Position numbers and translations under genes: made by a program
Notes under the pieces: model-generated
Seen by the model: the letters and a program-made list of their open reading frames with translations, nothing else
Database searches by the model: none
Told to the model about the DNA's origin: nothing
Assembly (NCBI GenBank): GCA_051962455.1
Contig: JBQCCG010000274.1
Location: 1,465 to 65,464 of the forward strand
Length of the DNA: 64,000 bases
Reading direction: 5' to 3'
Source of the DNA: Sphingomicrobium sp.
GTDB taxonomy: Bacteria > Pseudomonadota > Alphaproteobacteria > Sphingomonadales > Sphingomonadaceae
Shown: piece after piece, positions 8,085 through 16,227 of the stretch
How positions within the stretch are numbered: the first letter of the stretch is position 1
How the letters are laid out: every line of letters starts with the position of its first letter

Positions 8085-9758
8085 ATGTCGCGTTCCATCA
8101 CGTTCGCCATCGCCCTGCTCAGCTCGTCCGCCGCACTCGCCGCTGCGCCGGCCGACCTCATCATCCGCGACGCGCATATCGTTACGGTCGACGCGGACTT
8201 CTCGATCGCGCAGGCAGCGGCGATTCAAGACGGGAAGTTTATCGCCGTCGGGACCGATGCCAAGGTTCTCAAGACCAAAGGTCCGAACACCCGCGTGATC
8301 GATCTGGATGGGCAGACCGTGCTCCCCGGTTTCAACGACACGCATGTCCACCTGACCGCCGGCGAGGACCTTCCCGTCCAGGTCGACCTCACGCACATTC
8401 GCTCGATCAGGGATATCCAGACGGCCCTTGCCGCGCGCGCGAAGCAGGAGAAGCCCGGCGACTGGATCGTCGGCACCCGCGGCTGGTGGGAGTATCAGCT
8501 CGCCGAAGGCCGGCTTCCGACCCGCTTCGATCTCGACACCGCAGCGCCGAACAATCCGGTCGCGATCCCCGGACCCCATTATGTGATCGTCAATAGCCTT
8601 GCGCTGAAGCTGGCCGGGGTCACTCGTGATACGCGCGATCCCCAGGGCGGCCAGATCTTCCACGATGCCAAGGGCGAGCCGACCGGGCTGCTGATGGACA
8701 ATGCGAGCCGCTTCGTCCGCAAGTTCATGCCCCGGCCAACCGAGGCGCAGAAGGAAGCGGGCCTCAAGCGCGTGCTGGCGCTGGTCAACAGCCATGGCCT
8801 GACCAGCGCTGGCGACCCGAGCGGCTCGCCAGCAGACGCGGCCCTGTTCCGCAAGCTGCGCGATGCAGGCCAGCTCACCGTGCGGGTGGATTTCGCCTAC
8901 AACATCGACCCCGCGGAGCCGCTCGATAAGGTCGAGGCGGAGTTGAACGCGTTACCCAGACCCGGCTCCGACGGCGAGGGAATGTTCCGCTCCGACGAGA
9001 TCGGCGAAACCGGCCTCGACGGCGCCGAGCTGACCGCGCTTCTCGAGCACGATTACCCGGGCAGGCCCGGGTACCGCGGCCTTCAGAAGGTTCCGACCGA
9101 ACAGTTTGAGAAGTTCGCCGCCCTCGTCGCGAAATGCGGCTATCGCCTGCGCCCGCACGCGGTCGGCGACGCTGCGATCGACGAAGCGCTCGACGCCTTT
9201 TAATATGCCAATACGCAAACCCCGATCACCAAGCGCCGCTGGATGATCGACCACGCATTCCTGCTCGAGCCGCAGCATTATGCGCGCGTGAAGCGCCTGG
9301 GCCTGATCATCAACTCGCAATACATGCACAATTACGAGCTGGGCGCTCTGATCCTGAAAGCGTGGAAGCGTCCGCTCGCCGACCGAAGCGAGCCCTACGC
9401 CGAATGGCTGAAGAATGGGATCATGTTCGCCGGCGGGTCGGACGGTCCGATCTCTTACTATGCCGAGCCCCTGCTCGAGATTTACGGCGAGGTGACCCGC
9501 GGTACGCAATGGGGCGGCAGGTTGGGTCCGGACCAGGGGATTTCGCGCGAGGACGCGATCCGCTCGATGACGATCAACGGCGCCTACACGACCTTCGAGG
9601 AGAACGTGAAAGGCTCGATCGAGCCGGGCAAGTACGCCGACTTCGTCATTCTCTCGGGCGATATACTGAAAGTGCCGGCGGAGAAGATCCGCGACCTCAA
9701 AGTGCTCGCTACCGTTCTGGGCGGCCGCACCGTTTACGGTTCGCTCGGAAAGCCGTGA
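8085..9758 (+). pseudogene. Secreted YtcJ-like (amidohydrolase_3) metallo-amidohydrolase with one in-frame TAA at 9201-9203 (nonsense allele or sequencing error)
   Basis: ORFs 8085..9203 and 9243..9758 are in the same frame and read DAF*YANTQTPITKRRWMIDHA across the stop. Motifs are DTHVH, PHAVGD, IDHA, GGSDGP and GSIEPGKYADF, with an N-terminal signal peptide. Confidence 0.8.
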
Positions 9759-9770
9759 AGGGGTCGAGGA

Positions 9771-10316
9771 TCAGGCCGTGCGCAGCGGACGCCGTTCGCG
9801 GCGACGGCGCAGAGCCAGGCCAATTCCGGCAAAGCCGAGGAGCATCAATGCCCAGGACGCCGGCTCCGGCACGGCGCCGGTCTGATAGAGAACGGCCGCC
9901 GATGAGGCCGGAATATTGAGCGAGATTGTGTTTGTTGGAGACGTGAAATCGAATTGGAAGAAACCAGTCGAATTGCCGACGCCGGAGCCGTTCCCGAAAT
10001 GGATACCGATGATCGTGTCGCCGAACAGCGTCGTGCCGAAGTTCAACACCGTGGCCCCGTTCAGGTCGTCAATCTTGGTGTAGTCGTTGAAGTTGGTAAA
10101 CGTGAGCCCGAGCGAGGCCAGCGCGTCGGTCTGCGTCGTCACGTCGGCAGGGCTGTTATCGAGCACGTTTCCGTCGAAAAATCCCGCGCATGCCGTCGCT
10201 CCCGAAACGAGGCTGAGCGACGAGCTGCAGTTCACCGGGTCTGCGGCGAACGCCGGACTGGCCGCCATCGCGGCTGATGAAAATGCCACTGCAAAAAGGG
10301 CTGAACGCAATCTCAC
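9771..10316 (-). CDS. PEPxxWA-CTERM sorting-domain surface protein, 181 aa
   Basis: Signal peptide, Cys pair near the N-terminus, C-terminal VPEPASWALMLLGFAGIGLALRRRR, and a GGAGG RBS upstream of the GTG. Confidence 0.9.
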   Translation of the reverse strand: MRLRSALFAVAFSSAAMAASPAFAADPVNCSSSLSLVSGATACAGFFDGNVLDNSPADVTTQTDALASLGLTFTNFNDYTKIDDLNGATVLNFGTTLFGDTIIGIHFGNGSGVGNSTGFFQFDFTSPTNTISLNIPASSAAVLYQTGAVPEPASWALMLLGFAGIGLALRRRRERRPLRTA

Positions 10317-10621
10317 GACTCGCCTCCACGCTCCGCAACATGTGCCAATGAAGGGTCTGAAATCGCCGTGTCGCGGTCATGGTTCCTAGTGCTGTTGCAT
10401 TTTTAATGGAGTCGCTAGGGCGACGGAAATCGTGACCGTTTCGGACCCGAAAAGGGCCGAAATCAGCCATTCCCATCATCATTGGAGAGCGCAGCATCTC
10501 GTTTGCAGTTCGGCCTGGCGCCAACGCGCAAGTAAAAAAACTGTTAACATTGGGCAAGGAATCTGGTTTACTGAGAGTTAATGGCCTCTCCGAGTCGGGG
10601 GCGTACATTCGGAGGTTGAAT

Positions 10622-11158
10622 ATGCGTAATCTTCTTATCGGTATCGCCGGCGCGACCGCGCTGGCCCTCAGTTCGGCGGCGAATGCCGGGATCACGATCG
10701 GTTCGACTTCCGGTCTGGCGGGCACTCCGATCGTACAGAACGGACCACCAATCACGGTAAGCTCAACGGTGGCTTCGACGCCTAGCGGCACCTTCGATGC
10801 ATGGTTTGAATTCACCAACGATGCAGCCGGCCTTTACAACATTGTGGTCAGCAGCAGCACGACTGGTGAAATCATCAACTACATCAAGCTGCAGACCAGT
10901 GGCGGCGGTACCACCTTGGACGAGATCCTTGGATCATCGGGCACGCTGAATTTCGATAACGTCTCGCTCGGGTCCGGTACCTATCGGCTCGCCTTCGGCG
11001 GTTCGGGCGCAGCGAACGCCGCCGCAACGGGCAACTTCACCTTCTATGTGCAGGCGGTTCCTGAGCCGGCAACGTGGGCGCTGATGCTGCTCGGCTTCGC
11101 CGGTGTCGGTGTCGCCATGCGCTTCCGCCGTCGTCCGGCCCTCGCGCAGGTCGCCTAA
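10622..11158 (+). CDS. PEPxxWA-CTERM protein, FxDxF-like family, paralog A, 178 aa
   Basis: GGAGG RBS then ATG 10622, signal peptide, FDAWF, and VPEPATWALMLLGFAGVGVAMRFRRR. Confidence 0.9.
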   Translation: MRNLLIGIAGATALALSSAANAGITIGSTSGLAGTPIVQNGPPITVSSTVASTPSGTFDAWFEFTNDAAGLYNIVVSSSTTGEIINYIKLQTSGGGTTLDEILGSSGTLNFDNVSLGSGTYRLAFGGSGAANAAATGNFTFYVQAVPEPATWALMLLGFAGVGVAMRFRRRPALAQVA

Positions 11159-11177
11159 TCGATCATCATTAACATTG

Positions 11178-11212
11178 GGGCGGTCCCGACCAGTTCGGGA
11201 CCGCCCTTTTTT
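11178..11212 (+). terminator. Intrinsic terminator after paralog A
   Basis: 12-bp stem GGGCGGTCCCGA-CCAGT-TCGGGACCGCCC followed by T6. Confidence 0.85.
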
Positions 11213-11394
11213 GCGGCTGCGACAGAGCGGCGGCCGACCGGGCAGGCGGGCCCACGAACGTCCAACTTTGGGACAAATCTCGGCGTGGGGGAAAACACCT
11301 ACGTAAATTAAATGGCTCGATTCAGCGGAACGAATCGGTTAACATATTGTTAGTTTGCTATCGTGGCGTTCGAGTTAATTGGCGGGAGGCGTAT

Positions 11395-11931
11395 ATGCGT
11401 AAACTGGTACTGTCCTTGGTCGGGTCCACCGCCCTGGCGTTCGGTTCGGCAGCAAATGCCGGCATCACAATCGGCGCCACGTCCGGTCTGGCGGCGACTC
11501 CAATCGTTCAAAACGGACCTCCGATCACGGTAAGCTTCACCGCGACAGCGATGCCGACGAATGCCTTCAGCGCGTGGTTCGATTTCACCAACGATGCGGC
11601 GGGCCTATATAACATCGTGGTCAGCAGCAGCACGAGCGGCGAGATGATCAACGACATCTGGCTGCAGAGCAGTGACGGCCTTACTACCTTGTTTTCCGCA
11701 AGCGGCTCGAGCAATTCGTTGAATCTCAATGGGGCTTCGCTTGGAGCCGGCGAATATCGCCTGGCCTTCGATGGCTCAGGAGCGACGAACGCCGCTGCGA
11801 CCGGCAACTTCACCTTTTACGTCCAGGCAGTTCCGGAGCCGGCGACGTGGGCGCTGATGCTTCTCGGCTTCGCGGGTGTCGGTTTCGCCATGCGCTTTCG
11901 GCGACGCCCGGTCCTCGCCCAGCTCGCCTGA
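11395..11931 (+). CDS. PEPxxWA-CTERM protein, paralog B, 178 aa
   Basis: GGGAGG RBS, ATG 11395, collinear with paralog A, VPEPATWA tail. Confidence 0.9.
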   Translation: MRKLVLSLVGSTALAFGSAANAGITIGATSGLAATPIVQNGPPITVSFTATAMPTNAFSAWFDFTNDAAGLYNIVVSSSTSGEMINDIWLQSSDGLTTLFSASGSSNSLNLNGASLGAGEYRLAFDGSGATNAAATGNFTFYVQAVPEPATWALMLLGFAGVGFAMRFRRRPVLAQLA

Positions 11932-11955
11932 AGGATCGAAAGGGAATGCCGCATG

Positions 11956-11988
11956 AGGGCGGTGCCGTCGGCGCCGCCCTTCTTCATT
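11956..11988 (+). terminator. Probable terminator after paralog B
   Basis: AGGGCGGTGCC-GTC-GGCGCCGCCCT followed by a weak tail TCTTCATT. Confidence 0.6.
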
Positions 11989-12170
11989 GAAGAACTGCGC
12001 AAGCCAGACGTTACAACAACAATAAGTCGCTTTCTGTTTCGGCGAGAGAGCATTCACCCTCGTGCCCGAAATACAACACAATCCACTTTAATTAAACAGC
12101 AATAGGAACAAAGGCGCTTTACTGCACATTCACCGGCGTCCGCTAAAAATCGAGACACCGGGAGGCCCAA

Positions 12171-12707
12171 GTGCACAAGCTATTTCTTACTGCTGTTGGC
12201 GCTACACTTGTAGCGACTGCGTCGATGTCGAATGCCGCGATCACAATCGGCACGACTTCAGGCCTGGCGGCCACTCCGATCGTCCAGAATGGGCCCCCGA
12301 TCACCGTCAGCTTCACGGCGAGCTCGACTCCGACCGGCACGTTCAATTCCTATTTTGATTTCATGAACGACGCCGCGGGCCTGTACAACATTGTGGTCAG
12401 CAGCAGCACGAGTGGCGAAATGATCTCCTACATCAAGCTGCAGACGATGGACGGTCTCACCGATCTGTTCACCGCGACAGGGTCATCAAATGTGCTCAAT
12501 CTGAATGGCGCATCACTCGGGGCCGGCGACTATCGCCTGGCCTTCGGCGGTTCGGGCGCGGCTAACGCCGCCGTGACCGGCAATCTCTCCTTCAATGTAC
12601 AGGCCGTTCCGGAGCCAGCGACCTGGGCATTGATGCTCCTCGGCTTTGCGGGCGTGGGTGTCGCACTGCGCCGCCGTCGCAGACCGCAACTGGCGCAGCT
12701 CGCTTAA
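12171..12707 (+). CDS. PEPxxWA-CTERM protein, paralog C, 178 aa
   Basis: GGGAGG RBS, GTG 12171, collinear with A and B, VPEPATWA tail. Confidence 0.9.
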   Translation: MHKLFLTAVGATLVATASMSNAAITIGTTSGLAATPIVQNGPPITVSFTASSTPTGTFNSYFDFMNDAAGLYNIVVSSSTSGEMISYIKLQTMDGLTDLFTATGSSNVLNLNGASLGAGDYRLAFGGSGAANAAVTGNLSFNVQAVPEPATWALMLLGFAGVGVALRRRRRPQLAQLA

Positions 12708-12731
12708 GCGACGGACAGTCGCTGGATCGAG

Positions 12732-12770
12732 GGCGGTTCGCGATTCCATCGCGGGCCGCCTTCTCTTTTT
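12732..12770 (+). terminator. Intrinsic terminator after paralog C
   Basis: GGCGGTTCGCGAT-TCC-ATCGCGGGCCGCC followed by TTCTCTTTTT. Confidence 0.75.
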
Positions 12771-12863
12771 AGTTATGACCCTGCCGGGCGATCGGCAGCA
12801 GCTGCTTCGCGCACCTTGAAATGGCGCACCGCCAAGCGCAGTTGGGCCGTGAAGGAGACTGCC

Positions 12864-13952
12864 ATGGCCACCCAGGCCGCTGAAAAGACCATTCTCGGCC
12901 TCGAGAATCCGATGGGGACCGATGGGTTCGAGTTTGTCGAATATACCGCGCCCGACATCGAACTGTTGCGTTCGCTGTTCACGAAGATGGGTTTCCCCGA
13001 AGTCGCCCGGCACAAGAGCAAGAACGTCACGCTCCACAAGCAGGCCGACTGCAACTTCATCATCAACGCCGAGCCGGGATCCTATGCCGAGGAATATGCG
13101 AGGGCCCATGGCCCAAGCGCTTGCGCGATGGCCTTCCGGGTCAAGGACGCGAAAGCCGCGCACGATCGCGCACTCAAGCTCGGTGCGACCAACGTCGAGG
13201 TGAAGAAGGGCGCCGGCGAGCTCGACATCCCGGCGATCGAGGGCATTGGCGGGTCGCGGCTGTTCTTTGTGGACCGTTATGGCAGTAACGGATCGATTTA
13301 CGAGGTCGATTTCGATTTCCATCCGGACTGGCGACAGCGGATGGCTCAAGCGGACTCGAAGCTGACCTACATCGATCACCTGACCCACAACGTGAACCGC
13401 GGGCGCATGGCGGTCTGGGCCGACTTCTATGAGCGGCTCTTCAACTTCCGCGAGATCCGCTACTTCGACATCGAGGGGAAGCAGACCGGCCTCTTCTCCA
13501 AGGCGATGACCTCGCCCTGCGGCAAGATCCGCATCCCGCTGAACGAGAGCCAGGACGACAAGAGCCAGATCGAGGAATTCCTGCGCGAATATAAGGGCGA
13601 GGGCATCCAGCACATCGCGCTCGGCACGTCCGACATTTACCAGGCGGTTGACATCATCAGGGCGCGCGGCATTCCCTTCCAGGATACGCCCGACACCTAT
13701 TACGAGTTGCTCCCCGAGCGCATCAAAGGCCACCAGGAAAGCATCCCCGAGCTGGAGAAGCGCCGAATCCTGATGGACGGCGCCCCGACCGAGGGGCAGG
13801 GCCTGCTGCTGCAGATCTTCACCCAGAATGTGATCGGTCCGATCTTTTTCGAGATCATCCAGCGCAAGGGCAACGAGGGCTTCGGCGAAGGCAATTTCAA
13901 GGCGCTGTTCGAGAGCATCGAACTCGACCAGATGCGTCGCGGGGTTATCTGA
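12864..13952 (+). CDS. hppD: 4-hydroxyphenylpyruvate dioxygenase
   Basis: NPMGTDGFEFVE, IDHLTHNV, GEGIQHIA, LLQIFT and FFEIIQRKGNEGFGEGNFKALFESIE. AGGAG RBS before ATG 12864. Confidence 0.95.
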   Translation: MATQAAEKTILGLENPMGTDGFEFVEYTAPDIELLRSLFTKMGFPEVARHKSKNVTLHKQADCNFIINAEPGSYAEEYARAHGPSACAMAFRVKDAKAAHDRALKLGATNVEVKKGAGELDIPAIEGIGGSRLFFVDRYGSNGSIYEVDFDFHPDWRQRMAQADSKLTYIDHLTHNVNRGRMAVWADFYERLFNFREIRYFDIEGKQTGLFSKAMTSPCGKIRIPLNESQDDKSQIEEFLREYKGEGIQHIALGTSDIYQAVDIIRARGIPFQDTPDTYYELLPERIKGHQESIPELEKRRILMDGAPTEGQGLLLQIFTQNVIGPIFFEIIQRKGNEGFGEGNFKALFESIELDQMRRGVI

Positions 13953-13966
13953 TAGGTCCGCTTGTC

Positions 13967-14067
13967 CTTCGATACGCCGCTGGCGCGTCTACTCAGGATG
14001 AGCGGAACTCCCAACAACACCGCTCATGCTGAGTAGCGGCTGAGCGAAGCGAAGGCGCGTATCGAAG
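13967..14067. repeat. Palindromic REP-like element between hppD and the thiolase
   Basis: CTTCGATACGC (13967-13977) pairs with GCGTATCGAAG (14057-14067). CTACTCAGGATGAGCGG (13989-14005) pairs with CCGCTCATGCTGAGTAG (14020-14036) with 1 mismatch. Confidence 0.8.
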
Positions 14068-14070
14068 CAC

Positions 14071-15273
14071 ATGACCGAAGCCTACATCTGCGACTACATC
14101 CGCACGCCGATCGGCCGCTACGGTGGAGCGCTCGCGCACGTCCGCGCCGATGACTTGGCCGCGATCCCGATCAAGGCGCTGGTCGACCGCAATCCGAACG
14201 TCGACTGGAGCGAGCTCGACGATGTGATCCTCGGCTGCGCCAACCAGGCGGGCGAGGACAACCGCAACCTGGCGCGGATGGCGGGACTGCTTGCCGGTCT
14301 CCCGGACAGTTCCGGCGGAGTCACCCTCAACCGCCTGTGCGGCTCGGGCCTCGACGCGGTCGCCATGGCCGCTCGGACGATCCGCGGCGGCGAGTCCGAC
14401 CTCATCATCGCCGGCGGCTCGGAAAGCATGAGCCGCGCGCCCTTCGTCATGACCAAGGCCACCTCGGCCTTCGACCGCAATGCCGAGATGTACGACACCA
14501 CCATCGGCTGGCGCTTCGTCAATCCGAAGATGAAGGCTATCTATGGCGACGATACCATGCCGAGCACCGGTGAGAATGTCGCGCAGGAGTTCCAGGTCAG
14601 CCGCGAGGACCAGGACGCCTTCGCGCTCCGCAGCCAGGAGAAGGCGGCGGCGGCCCAGGCGAACGGCCGGTTGGCGGCGGAGATCGTCCCGGTCGAGATT
14701 CCGCAGCGCAAAGGCGATCCGGTCATCGCCGACAAGGACGAACATCCGCGATCGACATCGATGGAAGCGCTGGCAAAGCTCAAGCCGATCGTGCGGCCTA
14801 GTGGCACCGTGACTGCCGGCAATGCGTCGGGCGTGAACGACGGCGCTGCCGGGTTGATTGTCGCGTCAGAGGAGGCTGCAAAGCGTAATCGCCTCACGCC
14901 CAAGGCTCGCATCCTCGGGGCAGCCGTCGCCGGTGTTCCTCCGCGCATCATGGGCATCGGGCCGGCGCCCGCGTCCGAGAAATTGATGAAACGGCTCGGC
15001 CTGAAGATCGGCGACTTCGACGTGATCGAACTGAACGAGGCATTCGCCGCGCAGGGGCTCGCCGTCCTCCGCCAGCTGGGCATTGCGGACGACGATCGGC
15101 GCGTGAATCCCAACGGTGGCGCGATCGCACTCGGCCACCCGCTTGCCATGTCCGGAGCCCGGCTTGCGCTCACCGCGACCGAGGAGCTTCAGCGGAGCGG
15201 CGGCAAGCTCGCGCTCGCGACCATGTGCATCGGCGTCGGCCAGGGAATCGCGCTCGCGCTCGAACGGGTGTAG
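14071..15273 (+). CDS. pcaF: 3-oxoadipyl-CoA / 3-oxo-5,6-dehydrosuberyl-CoA thiolase (PcaF/PaaJ type)
   Basis: RTPIGRYGGAL, GEDNRNLARM, NRLCGSGLDA (catalytic Cys), NEAFAAQ, GGAIALGHP and MCIGVGQG. Confidence 0.9.
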   Translation: MTEAYICDYIRTPIGRYGGALAHVRADDLAAIPIKALVDRNPNVDWSELDDVILGCANQAGEDNRNLARMAGLLAGLPDSSGGVTLNRLCGSGLDAVAMAARTIRGGESDLIIAGGSESMSRAPFVMTKATSAFDRNAEMYDTTIGWRFVNPKMKAIYGDDTMPSTGENVAQEFQVSREDQDAFALRSQEKAAAAQANGRLAAEIVPVEIPQRKGDPVIADKDEHPRSTSMEALAKLKPIVRPSGTVTAGNASGVNDGAAGLIVASEEAAKRNRLTPKARILGAAVAGVPPRIMGIGPAPASEKLMKRLGLKIGDFDVIELNEAFAAQGLAVLRQLGIADDDRRVNPNGGAIALGHPLAMSGARLALTATEELQRSGGKLALATMCIGVGQGIALALERV

Positions 15274-15282
15274 ATTGGTGCC

Positions 15283-15747
15283 ATGGCGACGCTGGCCACA
15301 GAACTCGACAAAGCGGCGATCATGGCCGTGCTCGAGACCGTGCCCGATCCGGAAATCCCGGTGCTGACCATCACCGACCTCGGGATCGTCCGCGGGATCG
15401 CCGAGAACCCACCGCGGGTGCTGATCAGCCCGACCTACACCGGCTGCCCGGCGACCGTCGCGATCGAGGCGATGATCCGCGAGGCGCTCGACAAGGCCGA
15501 CTTCGAGGAGGTGCACATCGAGCGGGTGCTGTTTCCGCCGTGGACGACCGACTGGATCAGCGAGCGCGGGCGCGAGCGGCTCCACGCCTACGGCATCGCT
15601 CCGCCGAGTCCGTCAGCGACGGCGGAATGTCCGCTGTGCGGCTCGAGCGACACGACCGAGGTCAGTCGCTTCGGCTCCACTCCGTGCAAGGCGCAGTGGC
15701 GCTGCAACGCCTGTCAGGAACCGTTCGAGCGCTTCAAGTGCCACTGA
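15283..15747 (+). CDS. paaD: 1,2-phenylacetyl-CoA epoxidase subunit D-like protein (DUF59 domain plus Cys-rich tail)
   Basis: VPDPEIPVLTITDLGIVR, PTYTGCPAT, PPWTTDWIS and CPLCGS...FGSTPCKAQWRCNACQEPFERFKCH. Confidence 0.9.
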   Translation: MATLATELDKAAIMAVLETVPDPEIPVLTITDLGIVRGIAENPPRVLISPTYTGCPATVAIEAMIREALDKADFEEVHIERVLFPPWTTDWISERGRERLHAYGIAPPSPSATAECPLCGSSDTTEVSRFGSTPCKAQWRCNACQEPFERFKCH

Positions 15748-15750
15748 GAT

Positions 15751-16227
15751 TTAGGGCTTAGCCCAAGCCCCTCCGCCGATGAGCGTTCGTATCGCGTGGA
15801 TCTTATGATCGGGACCGAACCGATAGAGTGTCACGCGACTTAAAGAGCCGGAATCAGCAACGTCCGGAGGAACCTTCGAACGATCTACGGAATCGAACTG
15901 CTCGACCACCATCAAGCTGTCATTCGCATGCCAATTGCCGCTAGAGGCGACTACGCGACCGTGGCCGATAGGCGCTGGCCCGAAGTGCCTGAGCCAATCG
16001 GCTTTTCCATCCGCGACCAGCTTGTCGTTGATGTAGACCCGAACATCGTTGGCAACAAAGTGCGACAGTTGCTCGCCGGCAGTCGGATCGACGCCTTTGT
16101 CGAGCGCGATCAAGTCGGCCTCGACGGTCACCCAAGCAGGCGGCGGAGGTGGAGATATCGCCTTCGCGCTCATCGTTGGAATCGCCAGCAGGACGACGGC
16201 CACGGCCAAAAAAGCGAATCTTACCAT
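15751..16227 (-). CDS. Secreted hypothetical protein, possibly NTF2/SnoaL-like, 158 aa
   Basis: ATG 16227 overlaps the dgoD end. Signal peptide MVRFAFLAVAVVLL. The segment FVANDVRVYINDKLVADGKADW resembles SnoaL-like proteins; the fold call is inference. Confidence 0.55.
   Translation of the reverse strand: MVRFAFLAVAVVLLAIPTMSAKAISPPPPPAWVTVEADLIALDKGVDPTAGEQLSHFVANDVRVYINDKLVADGKADWLRHFGPAPIGHGRVVASSGNWHANDSLMVVEQFDSVDRSKVPPDVADSGSLSRVTLYRFGPDHKIHAIRTLIGGGAWAKP

Noticed and set aside
10334-10347. Sigma54-like TGGCAC...TTGC upstream of the minus-strand PEP-CTERM gene
   Set aside because: The GG-to-GC spacing is 8 nt rather than the strictly required 10.
10622-12707. CRISPR-like or diversity-generating-retroelement explanation for the repeated segments
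   Set aside because: The repeats are whole paralogous genes. There is no repeat-spacer periodicity, no reverse transcriptase, and no adenine-specific variation was evident.
12864-13952. Pyomelanin production implied by hppD without adjacent hmgA
   Set aside because: hmgA may lie elsewhere in the genome, and absence from a 64-kb window is not evidence.
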